Of a stretch of 64,000 nucleotides of DNA, positions 1 through 9,088 are shown piece after piece. The DNA is from Escherichia phage naswa: sequence record MN850595.1; one strand, given 5' to 3'. Position numbers and translations under genes: made by a program. The stretch's first letter is position 1. Every line of letters starts with the position of its first letter. Under the pieces are notes generated by a model. It saw only the letters and a program-made list of their open reading frames with translations, was not told the origin of the DNA and did not search any database.

Positions 1-1
1 T

Positions 2-223
2 TTCTTCATTTATGTCAACGATAAGGCTGGATTCTTCCATGACGACGGAGAGTTGCCGTATGAAATCTATGAACTTGTAGAGGCTTGCCATCGTGGAGAT
101 GCGGAGTTGTTTGGCCTACGGCTGAAAAGCGGTAAATTCTTCTATCAAGATGAGTGCATGAATCTTCATAACTTTGTAGAGGGAACTTGCAACGATGGAG
201 AGATTTTGGCACACTACGATTAA
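2..223 (+). CDS. 3' end of a gene entering from upstream of the window (hypothetical protein, partial)
   Basis: Open frame without stops from window start to TAA at 221-223; followed by terminator hairpin. Confidence 0.4.
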   Translation, partial: FFIYVNDKAGFFHDDGELPYEIYELVEACHRGDAELFGLRLKSGKFFYQDECMNLHNFVEGTCNDGEILAHYD

Positions 224-235
224 TTTCTAAGACCT

Positions 236-262
236 CCCCCGCTTCGGCGGGGATTTTCTATT
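236..262 (+). terminator. Rho-independent terminator
   Basis: GC hairpin CCCCGC-ttcg-GCGGGG followed by T-rich run. Confidence 0.55.
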
Positions 263-272
263 TGGAGTCATT

Positions 273-773
273 GTGAAAATTAAGATCTTTGCTATTATTT
301 TGAGCGCACTTTTATCGCTGCCTGTTGTTGCAGCACCAAAACAAAAAGTATATCATACTTGCAAGCCCTCAGATACTAAGGAAAACATTCTGGCATGCAA
401 TATCTACAGGGAGGCTAGAGGGGATGGCACGATGGGTATGCTGGCATCAGGGTTTGCCACACTAAACAGGAAATCTCACCCCAAATACCCAGACACTATA
501 AGAAAGATTGTCTACCAACCTAACCAGTTTTCGTGGACAAACCACGGCAAAACTTTTAAGGTGACAGAAAAAGATTCATGGGATCACGCTAAAAGTCTTG
601 CAAAGATGCTTCTAAAGGTCTATAATAACAACCATGTTGCATACATGGCTATGGACATAACAGGTGGAGCAACACACTACCATACAACCAAAGTACGACC
701 GAAATGGGCAAAAAAGATGCAGAGGACAGCTCAATTCGGGAGTCATATCTACTACAAGGAGCGCAATAAATGA
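273..773 (+). CDS. Secreted cell wall hydrolase, SleB-like (Hydrolase_2 domain)
   Basis: N-terminal signal peptide; motif CNIYREARGDG...LNRKSHPKYPDTIRKIVYQPNQFSW typical of SleB-type hydrolases; GTG start with GGAG RBS. Confidence 0.7.
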   Translation: MKIKIFAIILSALLSLPVVAAPKQKVYHTCKPSDTKENILACNIYREARGDGTMGMLASGFATLNRKSHPKYPDTIRKIVYQPNQFSWTNHGKTFKVTEKDSWDHAKSLAKMLLKVYNNNHVAYMAMDITGGATHYHTTKVRPKWAKKMQRTAQFGSHIYYKERNK

Positions 774-2752
774 TTGTAAACAGTAATGAAACTAAAGCAG
801 TACTAACCGGAAATATGGAGGTCACCAGGGGCTCAATTTCTCTGAACAAAGAGACTTTTGGGCTAATCATTAAAGGGATTTACGAAGATAAGGTGCTGGC
901 AAGCTGCCGTGAACCAATCTTCAATGCTGTGGACTCCCATGTTGAGTCTGGACGGGGTGATGTACCGATCATCATTCACTCTCCTACAGACCTTGAACCA
1001 TACTTCTTTGTGCAGGACGTTGGATTGGGCATGTCGGAAGAGATGGTCCGCAACACTTTCATGAACCTCGGGGAGTCAACCAAGCGCAACAGCAACGCTC
1101 TGGTAGGTAATAAAGGTGTAGGTTCAAAGGCCCCGTTCAGCATGGTGGACACTTTCGATGTGATCAGTGTGCACAACGGTGTTGAAAGCACATATCTGTT
1201 GTTCTTGGATCAGGGTATCCCAAACGTTACCAAGATCCGCGAGCGAAAGACTGAAGAGCACAACGGGGTAAAAGTTCAGTTCCATGTTAAGAAAGAGCAT
1301 GTTCTGAAATATCGCACTGCTATTGCGTCATGCCTACGCTATGCAAAGTTTCCGTTTACCGTTACCGACCCTATGACCAGTAAGATGCTGGAAGGTGACA
1401 AGGTTGAGGCGCAGTATCGCTACGAGAAAGATGGTTGGAAAATGACTATCCTGAAAGGTTATACCAGCTCTGATGAGAGCCGTGTGGTGATGGGACACCA
1501 ACCTTACCGCTCTAAGTTTCTGGAAACATTGACAGACTACCCTGCAATCTGTGTAGAGATCCCTATCGGGGATTGCAATATTAACCCTGGGCGCGAATGG
1601 ACCATAGAGGGGCACGACGATGGTGGATTCCAGGATCGCCTGGAGGCCTTTGTCAAAGAAGGTATACGTCTTCGTGGGGCAGAAGTTGTTGCGGAATTGG
1701 AGACAGCAAAAACATCCTCAGAAGCACGTGAGATGATGAAGAACAGTGGAGTGTTCGGACACATCTTCGGCAAAAACTTTATGTGGAACCGTTGGGAAGA
1801 AACAGGGCTTGGCGACTTAGGCGATTGTGAAATTTTCGCTGGCGGCTTAAATAAAGGCCGCATAGGCTATGCTCGTTACGGAAAGTCGGAGTTCTTACGA
1901 GGTGTATACCTTGTATTTAACGACGGAGACGGCAAATATAACCGAAATAAGTGTAACTACTTAAGCGAGATCACCGGACGCAACGTTTTCTATTGCCGTA
2001 ACACGGATCTGATGGAAGAGTTTAAAGAAGCGGCACACCACCCGTTCTTTGCAGATACGGTCAAATTGTTATCAGAGCTCCCTCGCCGTCCTGTAAAGAA
2101 AGGTGAAACAAAAACTCACTATGAGCCAGGGTATTGGGTTAAAAAACTTGAGAAAGATGGTTACTTCCGTCGTGAGCGTATTACTAAGGCAGAGTTCAAG
2201 AAGATTAAGCACTGCATTCCTTATGAGGGTGATATCCAACGTGGAAGTTGTTGGCTGGGACAGCTAAGTAACATCTACCAGCAAAATTATGACCGTGTGC
2301 GTGCGGCACTCCAGATTCCTGAAGGGGAAGATCTGTACCTGGTATCAGAATCTCGTCTGCTTTGGACTGATCCTGATTGCCAGTATGTTACAGAGAAAAA
2401 TGTGGAACATTTGTTGAAAGAGGACGCCTGGAAATTCTTACTGACTCGCGCAGCAAATGAAACTTCATATGACAGCCTGTATAGACAATTAGGGAAAATT
2501 ATCCCCATGCAAGATTTTGGAAATTATCGGCCACATTTCCACAAGTGGGAAGGTAACACCGCGTGGAAGCACAGTGAGCTAAATCATCGTGCCAAAATCT
2601 TAATCGCCAACCGAGTCAAGTGCGGGAAGGCCTATATTGCAAGATTGGAAAAGAAATATCCACTTTTGAAGCATGTGGGCTTGAAATATTGGGACACTCC
2701 TGCTATGATTGAATACCGTGAACTGATCGACGCAAAGAATAACACCAAATAA
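770..2752 (+). CDS. rIIA: rIIA-like protein (GHKL/HATPase-like N-terminal domain)
   Basis: Motifs VQDVGLGMSEE and GNKGVGSKAPFSMVDTFDVISVHNG align with T4 rIIA N-terminal region; ATGA overlap with upstream gene. Confidence 0.8.
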   Translation: MIVNSNETKAVLTGNMEVTRGSISLNKETFGLIIKGIYEDKVLASCREPIFNAVDSHVESGRGDVPIIIHSPTDLEPYFFVQDVGLGMSEEMVRNTFMNLGESTKRNSNALVGNKGVGSKAPFSMVDTFDVISVHNGVESTYLLFLDQGIPNVTKIRERKTEEHNGVKVQFHVKKEHVLKYRTAIASCLRYAKFPFTVTDPMTSKMLEGDKVEAQYRYEKDGWKMTILKGYTSSDESRVVMGHQPYRSKFLETLTDYPAICVEIPIGDCNINPGREWTIEGHDDGGFQDRLEAFVKEGIRLRGAEVVAELETAKTSSEAREMMKNSGVFGHIFGKNFMWNRWEETGLGDLGDCEIFAGGLNKGRIGYARYGKSEFLRGVYLVFNDGDGKYNRNKCNYLSEITGRNVFYCRNTDLMEEFKEAAHHPFFADTVKLLSELPRRPVKKGETKTHYEPGYWVKKLEKDGYFRRERITKAEFKKIKHCIPYEGDIQRGSCWLGQLSNIYQQNYDRVRAALQIPEGEDLYLVSESRLLWTDPDCQYVTEKNVEHLLKEDAWKFLLTRAANETSYDSLYRQLGKIIPMQDFGNYRPHFHKWEGNTAWKHSELNHRAKILIANRVKCGKAYIARLEKKYPLLKHVGLKYWDTPAMIEYRELIDAKNNTK

Positions 2753-2762
2753 GGAGACAGCT

Positions 2763-3968
2763 ATGATTTTCATCTACGAACATTTCAAAACTCGTAAAGA
2801 AGCACGCGACCGCCGTGCAGAACTTGAGAAGAAGGGTTTCACATGTGCTATTGAGAAAGGTACTACAACATGGACACTGGCAGTAGGTGCCCCAGAGCTG
2901 TTTGATCCTGACCGAGACAGTGTCTGCTATACCCGTGAGGATTTTGAAACCCGCGAAGAGGCCCGTTTATTCCGCTACGGACTGGAAGACAACGGTAAGT
3001 ACGCCATGATCTTAGATTCAGGTGAAGGTTCCGTTAAACGTTGGGGCGTGGTATACCCACTGTGTGTTGTTCACGGTGTGGGGGTCACTGGGGTAGCAAT
3101 CAAGTCAGAAGAACCTTTAGTAGAAGTCAAAGATCCGGTGCTGGAAGTGGTGAGCAGTGTGTCTCAGCAACAGTCTCGAAGCATCGAGCCTTTGGTAGTT
3201 ATTTGCGGGGAACTCCTCCAGATCACCTGCAACGAAGGCATTTTTGAAATTCGCCGCAGCGAAAGTGAGGAAGTTTACCAGAAAGTCTTCGACCATATTT
3301 CTGTTCAGGAATATGATGAGGCAATTGGTGAAATCCTTGTCTGGCTGGAACGCAAGAATGAGTTCACCACACTTGCAGACAACCTGATCATGAAAGATGG
3401 TAAGCTCTACTACTACGGTGTAGAGATGCGATCCACCATTGCAAAGAAAATTGAGGAAGATTATGTAGATGGAACACTGGACGACCGATATGTTAAATTC
3501 CTTGTCCGTCTGCTACGCAACCCGTCTGCAAAATCTGTGAACATGCTCTACGATTTCATGCAGGCTAATGACATCCAGGTTGCAGAAGATGGTCGAATCA
3601 TTTGCTATAAGGGGGTTCAGTTTAACGGGAGCAGGTGGGTGGATTGGCACAGCGGTAAAGTTCCACAATACCAGGGTGCTTTTGTGTCCATGCCTCGTAA
3701 CTTTGTAGAAGATGATCCGGAAGCTGCGTGTTCTTATGGCCTGCACTGCGCCAGCAAAGAGTATGCAGCGGGCTATGGCACTGTAATGATGGTTATGGTT
3801 GACCCTGCGGATGTGGTTAGTGTGCCATACCAACACAACAGTGCTAAGTGCCGTGCATGCCGCTACGAAATAGTAGCAGCACCGGAATCACGCAAAGATG
3901 GCGATCCGATTGAATACGTAGTTGACCGTGATGGTAACATCATCGACATTATCTACGAGGAGGCGTAA
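2763..3968 (+). CDS. rIIB: rIIB-like protein
   Basis: C-terminal region NPSAKSVNMLYDFMQANDIQVAEDG...MPRNFVEDDPEAACSYGLHCASKEY...VDPADVVSVPYQHNSAKCRACRYEIV parallels T4 rIIB; AAGGAGA RBS. Confidence 0.75.
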   Translation: MIFIYEHFKTRKEARDRRAELEKKGFTCAIEKGTTTWTLAVGAPELFDPDRDSVCYTREDFETREEARLFRYGLEDNGKYAMILDSGEGSVKRWGVVYPLCVVHGVGVTGVAIKSEEPLVEVKDPVLEVVSSVSQQQSRSIEPLVVICGELLQITCNEGIFEIRRSESEEVYQKVFDHISVQEYDEAIGEILVWLERKNEFTTLADNLIMKDGKLYYYGVEMRSTIAKKIEEDYVDGTLDDRYVKFLVRLLRNPSAKSVNMLYDFMQANDIQVAEDGRIICYKGVQFNGSRWVDWHSGKVPQYQGAFVSMPRNFVEDDPEAACSYGLHCASKEYAAGYGTVMMVMVDPADVVSVPYQHNSAKCRACRYEIVAAPESRKDGDPIEYVVDRDGNIIDIIYEEA

Positions 3969-5338
3969 TGGAAAAAGGGCAGTATGACGTAGGCACAGAT
4001 GCTGCCCTCATTGCAATCATGAGTGGTGAGAATGTCTTCGTTTCAGGACCTGCAGGTTGTGGGAAGACGTATCTCATCAACATGATCCAGTCAATGTATG
4101 GAGACTCTTGCATAACGGTTGCCCCGACAGGGGTAGCCGCTTTAAACGTTAATGGAGCAACAGCACACCGAACATTCGATCTTGCAGCAGGTGTGAGCAT
4201 GGAGTCGGACTGGACCGCAATAAGGGCAAAAACAGCAAAGCCTTTGAAAAGCAAGGCATTTACCATCCTAATTATCGATGAAATCTCTATGATCCGTGCT
4301 GATAAGTTTATAGAGATGGATAGGAAACTCCGCTTCCTTCGAAAAAATGACAAACCTTTCGGAGGCATACAGGTCATATTGTTTGGCGATTTTTACCAGG
4401 CACCTCCTGTTGTCTCTTCTATGGAGAAGGAAGCCTACTTCAACTTCTACCATACGGACCTGTGTTGCTACACCGAATCTTGGAAAGAGCTTGACCTCCA
4501 CAACATAGCCCTAATAGATCAGTTCCGACAGGAGTCTATTCGATTTGCCACAATGCTTAACTGTGTTCGTGAGGGTCGTCGCATAAAAGAGGTTGTAGCA
4601 GAACTTAATGCTCGCTGTTACAAAGGTGGTGTACCAACAGATGCTCTCACAATTTGCGCCACCAACAAACAAGCAGAGGAAGTAAACAGAAGGTTCTATG
4701 ATGCCATCAACGCCCCAGAGAAGGTATACACTGGTGAAATGAAGGGTAAGTTTCCCTCCACCCTGCCAGTTGAGCAGGAGATGAAGTTGAAAATTGGCAT
4801 GAAAGTTATGATAACCGCCAACGATGTTGACCCGACGCACAAAGTACCTTATTATGTTAACGGAACACGTGCCACAATTGTTAAATTTAAGAACAAGGCG
4901 GTGGTGGTAGAGCTTGAAGATGGAACACAGGTTGACATAGAGCAGAGGTTGTGGGAGAATAACGAGTATAAGCCCTCTCAGAGATACAACATTGCAGAAA
5001 GGAAGATGGAGAAGTTTATAGAGAGGGTAGTGATTGGGTCATACAAGCAACTTCCTCTGAAATCTGGGTACGCCGTAACATCTCATAAAAGTCAAGGACT
5101 TACGCTAGATTGTTACAACCTAGACCTTGGAAAGAACGGAGCTTTCTCTCCTGGGATGACGTATGTCGCTTTGAGTAGAGTTAAGACAATACAAGGAATA
5201 AACTTGTTGCGTCCCCTAAGAGAAGTTGACATTATTGTTGACCCGCGAGTAGTAGAGTTTTACAATACAACATTCCCTGACTTAGACAAAATTGTCAGGA
5301 AAGATTTTGAAACCAGAGCAGAAGAGGGGGACGTATGA
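3968..5338 (+). CDS. Dda-like SF1B DNA helicase (RecD/Pif1-like)
   Basis: Walker A VSGPAGCGKT, Walker B IIDEISMI, C-terminal SHKSQGLTLD motif. Confidence 0.75.
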   Translation: MEKGQYDVGTDAALIAIMSGENVFVSGPAGCGKTYLINMIQSMYGDSCITVAPTGVAALNVNGATAHRTFDLAAGVSMESDWTAIRAKTAKPLKSKAFTILIIDEISMIRADKFIEMDRKLRFLRKNDKPFGGIQVILFGDFYQAPPVVSSMEKEAYFNFYHTDLCCYTESWKELDLHNIALIDQFRQESIRFATMLNCVREGRRIKEVVAELNARCYKGGVPTDALTICATNKQAEEVNRRFYDAINAPEKVYTGEMKGKFPSTLPVEQEMKLKIGMKVMITANDVDPTHKVPYYVNGTRATIVKFKNKAVVVELEDGTQVDIEQRLWENNEYKPSQRYNIAERKMEKFIERVVIGSYKQLPLKSGYAVTSHKSQGLTLDCYNLDLGKNGAFSPGMTYVALSRVKTIQGINLLRPLREVDIIVDPRVVEFYNTTFPDLDKIVRKDFETRAEEGDV

Positions 5339-5676
5339 GTTTGTGGAGAAATATCGTTAACTACGTGTGTGGCAATCCGACTCCTGAAGAGAAGGATGTT
5401 GTGATTCACGATTTTACTAAAAGATCTCGTGAAAAAGATCTACTGCTAACAAAGGTGACTGATAAAGATCCTGCAGTAGGGGACTGGGCAGGTTTTGCGT
5501 TTACATCGGACAAATACACCTTTAACAAAGGTGACTACCTTGTTGTGGATTTTAACGAAGACATTGAGGGTGCTGAACCTTACTATCAAACCCTTATTGT
5601 TGCAGGGTGTGTTAATCTCTCTGCAGGTATGCACAGTTTGATTCTTTTTGAGCTTGACTCTGAAGACCTTGAGTAG
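5335..5676 (+). CDS. Hypothetical protein
   Basis: 113 aa ORF overlapping helicase stop; no recognisable motif. Confidence 0.5.
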   Translation: MSLWRNIVNYVCGNPTPEEKDVVIHDFTKRSREKDLLLTKVTDKDPAVGDWAGFAFTSDKYTFNKGDYLVVDFNEDIEGAEPYYQTLIVAGCVNLSAGMHSLILFELDSEDLE

Positions 5677-5737
5677 TAAGATGTGAGTATAAAGGGGAGG
5701 CACTCCTCCCCACAAAAACTAAGGAGAGCACCAAACG

Positions 5738-7063
5738 ATGAGTAAAACCAAATTAGAACTAACCTGGATAGGTAAAAACGAGCGCAAAAAGTTAGAGCCG
5801 CACATTTTGTTAGAAGATTCTAGCAAGTCTTACCACAGCCAGAAAGTGACCGAAAACGATATTTTTGATAATAAACTGATTTTTGGAGATAACTTATTAG
5901 CATTGAAGGCGCTAGAGCAAGAGTATGCAGGCAAAGTGAAGTGTGTTTACATAGACCCGCCATTCAATACCGGGAGGGCTTTTGAGCACTACGATGATAG
6001 CCTGGAGCATTCCATTTGGCTGGGCTTAATGAGGGATAGGTTAGAAATAATTCGTAATCTTCTAAGTGATGATGGGGTAATATTCGTTCACTTAGATGAT
6101 TGCGAAATGGCGTATTTAAAAGTTTTGATGGACGAGATTTTTGGTCGTGCAAATCAGTTAAATACCATATCGATGACCACAAATTCCCCTTCGGGATTTA
6201 AGGCAACAGGAGCCACAGTTTTCTCCACAGCAAACTTTTTGCTTGTATATGCAAAAGATCGCACCCAGAAACCGCTTAATAAAATCTATATACCTAAAGG
6301 GTACGATACAGGATATAACAAATACCTATTAAACCCGGATGACCATTATAAAAATTGGACGTGGTGCAGTATTGCCGATGCGTTTGCAAAGGCCAATGGC
6401 TATAAGGATGCAAAAGAAGCCAAGAAAAAACTGCCTGACACATTCGATGATGAATTAGCACAATTCGCAATTGATAATGCAGAACGTGTATTTCAATCTG
6501 TTGCAATTGGTGGTGGTGCTAAAATAAAGAGAAAAGAAACTATCGAGAAGTCAAAGAAAGATAGGGATAAGGTTTATGTACATCCAAATGAGGATGTTGA
6601 AGGATTTTATATCGCAAATGGTAGGCAAATGGTCTTTTACTCCAATAGGCTTTTGGAAATTGACGGTGAGATGCAACCTGCGGAACTAATAACTGATGTT
6701 TGGACAGACATTAGTTGGAATGGAATAGCAAATGAAGGCGGCGTTAGTTTCAAAAATGGGAAAAAACCAGAAGCGCTTTTGAAGCGGATTTTCGAAATGT
6801 GTACGCGAGAAGGCGATTTGGTATTGGATTCATTCGGTGGTTCGGGAACTACTGCTGCTGTAGCTCACAAGATGAAAAGACGTTGGATCTCAATCGAGCT
6901 AGGTGATCATTGTCATACCCATATTATTCCGCGCTTGGAAAAAGTGATCGATGGCGAAGATCAAGGTGGTATTTCTAAGTCTGTAAGCTGGCAAGGTGGT
7001 GGTGGCTTCCGTTATTACAAACTCACCCCGGCCTTAGTTGCGAAAGATAAGTCTGATCAATAA
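5738..7063 (+). CDS. DNA methyltransferase, beta-class N6-adenine/N4-cytosine type (Mod-like, orphan)
   Basis: Motif IV DPPFNTG precedes motif I FGGSGTT; HSIWLGLMRDRL region typical of PF01555-type MTases; 5' hairpin plus CA-rich leader and AAGGAGA RBS. Confidence 0.75.
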   Translation: MSKTKLELTWIGKNERKKLEPHILLEDSSKSYHSQKVTENDIFDNKLIFGDNLLALKALEQEYAGKVKCVYIDPPFNTGRAFEHYDDSLEHSIWLGLMRDRLEIIRNLLSDDGVIFVHLDDCEMAYLKVLMDEIFGRANQLNTISMTTNSPSGFKATGATVFSTANFLLVYAKDRTQKPLNKIYIPKGYDTGYNKYLLNPDDHYKNWTWCSIADAFAKANGYKDAKEAKKKLPDTFDDELAQFAIDNAERVFQSVAIGGGAKIKRKETIEKSKKDRDKVYVHPNEDVEGFYIANGRQMVFYSNRLLEIDGEMQPAELITDVWTDISWNGIANEGGVSFKNGKKPEALLKRIFEMCTREGDLVLDSFGGSGTTAAVAHKMKRRWISIELGDHCHTHIIPRLEKVIDGEDQGGISKSVSWQGGGGFRYYKLTPALVAKDKSDQ

Positions 7064-7076
7064 AGAGTACAATCAA

Positions 7077-7382
7077 ATGATGAAACGTTATAAACCATAC
7101 ACTTTTGAAATCGATTTCGAACTTGACGATATGTTCACTGTGGAAGCTCAGGCAGTTGTCCAGTTGCCAGACCCAGAGTGTCGTGATTCTGATGTTGACT
7201 ATTATGGATTTAGACAGATCACTGATGTGCATGTTTACCACAACGGTGAAGAGGTGGACTTCCACCAATTGCCAAACGATATGCGCCACTCAATTTACAA
7301 ACGTGCAGCCCGTGAACTAGAGTCCTATCTGGATGCAGCGACGACAGCAGCTGCATTTGCTGAAGAAGTGGGAGGTTTCTGA
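7077..7382 (+). CDS. Hypothetical protein
   Basis: ORF; start moved to first ATG after MTase stop. Confidence 0.45.
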   Translation: MMKRYKPYTFEIDFELDDMFTVEAQAVVQLPDPECRDSDVDYYGFRQITDVHVYHNGEEVDFHQLPNDMRHSIYKRAARELESYLDAATTAAAFAEEVGGF

Positions 7383-7777
7383 TGATTACAGGTGTGAAGA
7401 TTATCCAATACCACTTAACCAAATTGGAAGATGCTGAAAAAGAGCTTGCAGAAGTTCTAAATAGTGGATATACTTTGCTATCATGCGCCTGCTCAGACAC
7501 CTACGCTGTGTGGACACTTATCCGGAAGGAGGAGCCTGCAGGGATCTTGGTGCCAAACCCTAAGATTATCAGTGAAGTGGATGACTGCTCTCAGGACGGC
7601 CTGTCAGAAGACTGGGAAGCATGGGAAGGTGGTGAAAACCCTGCACCAGGTAAGTGGGTAAAATACAAACTACGTAGCGGTGCACAGCACGCTGGATACT
7701 CTGATAACCTGGACTGGAGTCATTCTTCACCGGAATCATTGGTAAGTGCATATGATATCGTTGCTTTTCAGGAATAA
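7382..7777 (+). CDS. Hypothetical protein
   Basis: 131 aa ORF, start overlaps upstream stop. Confidence 0.5.
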   Translation: MITGVKIIQYHLTKLEDAEKELAEVLNSGYTLLSCACSDTYAVWTLIRKEEPAGILVPNPKIISEVDDCSQDGLSEDWEAWEGGENPAPGKWVKYKLRSGAQHAGYSDNLDWSHSSPESLVSAYDIVAFQE

Positions 7778-7789
7778 GGAGAGAGTGTT

Positions 7790-8272
7790 ATGTCAGATTT
7801 TATGTGGAAAGTAGGTTATGCCTCTCCTGAAATGTGCGAGGCTTGCTTTGTAAAAATAGGCCGCGAGGATATTGACAAAGTGATCTTTAAGTTTCGTGAT
7901 GTATCTGTGATCGGCAACCGAGTGCTTAAGCACTTAAAGAATCTGAAGCTCACCAAAAAGAAGTTCTTCGGACTTTTCGAAGAGAAAGTTGATGCTTGGA
8001 CCCATTGCATTCAGGAAGCTAAATCTCACTACAGTGCTATCGTTACCCCAGAACGGGTAGCCAAGATGGAAGGATTCATCAACAGCACAGAGTTTGAGTG
8101 CCTAAAGGCTGCCCTTAATAGTTATCCAAAGTGCCTCAAACACCTTGACAAGTATGTAGAAAAGGATGGGGAAATGTATCTCACCCTGGACGCATATTAT
8201 GAGATGCAAGAAATTTTAAATTTAGATTTGACATTGGTATCCACCGAGTATACAATAGGTATCCGGGTTTAA
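7790..8272 (+). CDS. Hypothetical protein
   Basis: 160 aa ORF with AAGGAGAGAG RBS. Confidence 0.55.
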   Translation: MSDFMWKVGYASPEMCEACFVKIGREDIDKVIFKFRDVSVIGNRVLKHLKNLKLTKKKFFGLFEEKVDAWTHCIQEAKSHYSAIVTPERVAKMEGFINSTEFECLKAALNSYPKCLKHLDKYVEKDGEMYLTLDAYYEMQEILNLDLTLVSTEYTIGIRV

Positions 8273-8277
8273 CACTA

Positions 8278-8305
8278 GGCCCTGCCCGAAAGGGTGGGGC
8301 TTTTT
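8278..8305 (+). terminator. Rho-independent terminator (hairpin GCCCTGCCC-gaaa-GGGTGGGGC + T5)
   Basis: Perfect GC hairpin followed by TTTTT; same 22-bp hairpin recurs at 18424. Confidence 0.65.
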
Positions 8306-8323
8306 GCATTAGGAGACAGCAAA

Positions 8324-9088
8324 TTGAAATTTATCTACAAAGAACACTACCACAAAGGTGTTGTGTGGAGTCTATTTGACGGGTCTGGTGGTGCAGTCAT
8401 TGACTGGGCAAAAGCTGGGTACCTGTGCCTGTGCTTTAATGCAGAAGGCGCTGATCACGGCAGTTATGCAGAGGTTATAACCGATCATCCCAACATTCAC
8501 TATGTGGATTATTGGATTGACCCATGGTTCCCTCAGGAAACTTTTTGCATGTACCCAGCTCCAGACTTTATTCTTGCATTTCCTCCGTGCACGCATTTAG
8601 CGGTATCAGGTGCTGCACATTTTAAGAAAAAGCTGGCTAAGGACCCTCTGATCCAAATTAATGCCGTAAAGGATGCTCGGGTTGCGGAAGAGCTGGGAGA
8701 GATTTACGATTGCCCGTGGCATGTAGAGAATCCTGTGGGTGTTATGTCCACACTGTGGCGCAAACCTGATTACCGTTTTCATCCTTCTGACTATGGTGGG
8801 TATTTACCGGAGGATGATGTAAACCCTTGGTTTCCTGAATTTATAGCTCCACGTGATGCCTATCCAAAAATAACTTGCGGCTGGATAGGTAATGGATTTA
8901 TAATCCCGCCCACAAAACCTGTCCCGCAAATAGTTGACGCGGTTAGCGGGTATTCTATGCAACACGCCAAGCTGGGTGGAAAGAGTGCAAGAACGAAGAT
9001 GATTCGAAGTCTCACACCACGTGGCTGGGCAAAAGCCGTATTCTTAGCAAACGAGCCTGTAGTAAGGAGCAGAATTAATGGGAAGTAA
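8324..9088 (+). CDS. Putative DNA (cytosine-5)-methyltransferase-like protein, short form
   Basis: Motifs in C5-MTase order: LFDGSGG (I), FPPCTHLAVSG (IV-like PC), HVENPVGV (VI ENV-like); start set to TTG after AGGAGA because track start lies inside terminator. Confidence 0.45.
   Translation: MKFIYKEHYHKGVVWSLFDGSGGAVIDWAKAGYLCLCFNAEGADHGSYAEVITDHPNIHYVDYWIDPWFPQETFCMYPAPDFILAFPPCTHLAVSGAAHFKKKLAKDPLIQINAVKDARVAEELGEIYDCPWHVENPVGVMSTLWRKPDYRFHPSDYGGYLPEDDVNPWFPEFIAPRDAYPKITCGWIGNGFIIPPTKPVPQIVDAVSGYSMQHAKLGGKSARTKMIRSLTPRGWAKAVFLANEPVVRSRINGK

Noticed and set aside
15-212. 65-aa minus-strand ORF at window start
   Set aside because: Antisense to an uninterrupted plus-strand reading frame that runs from the window edge to a stop followed by a terminator.
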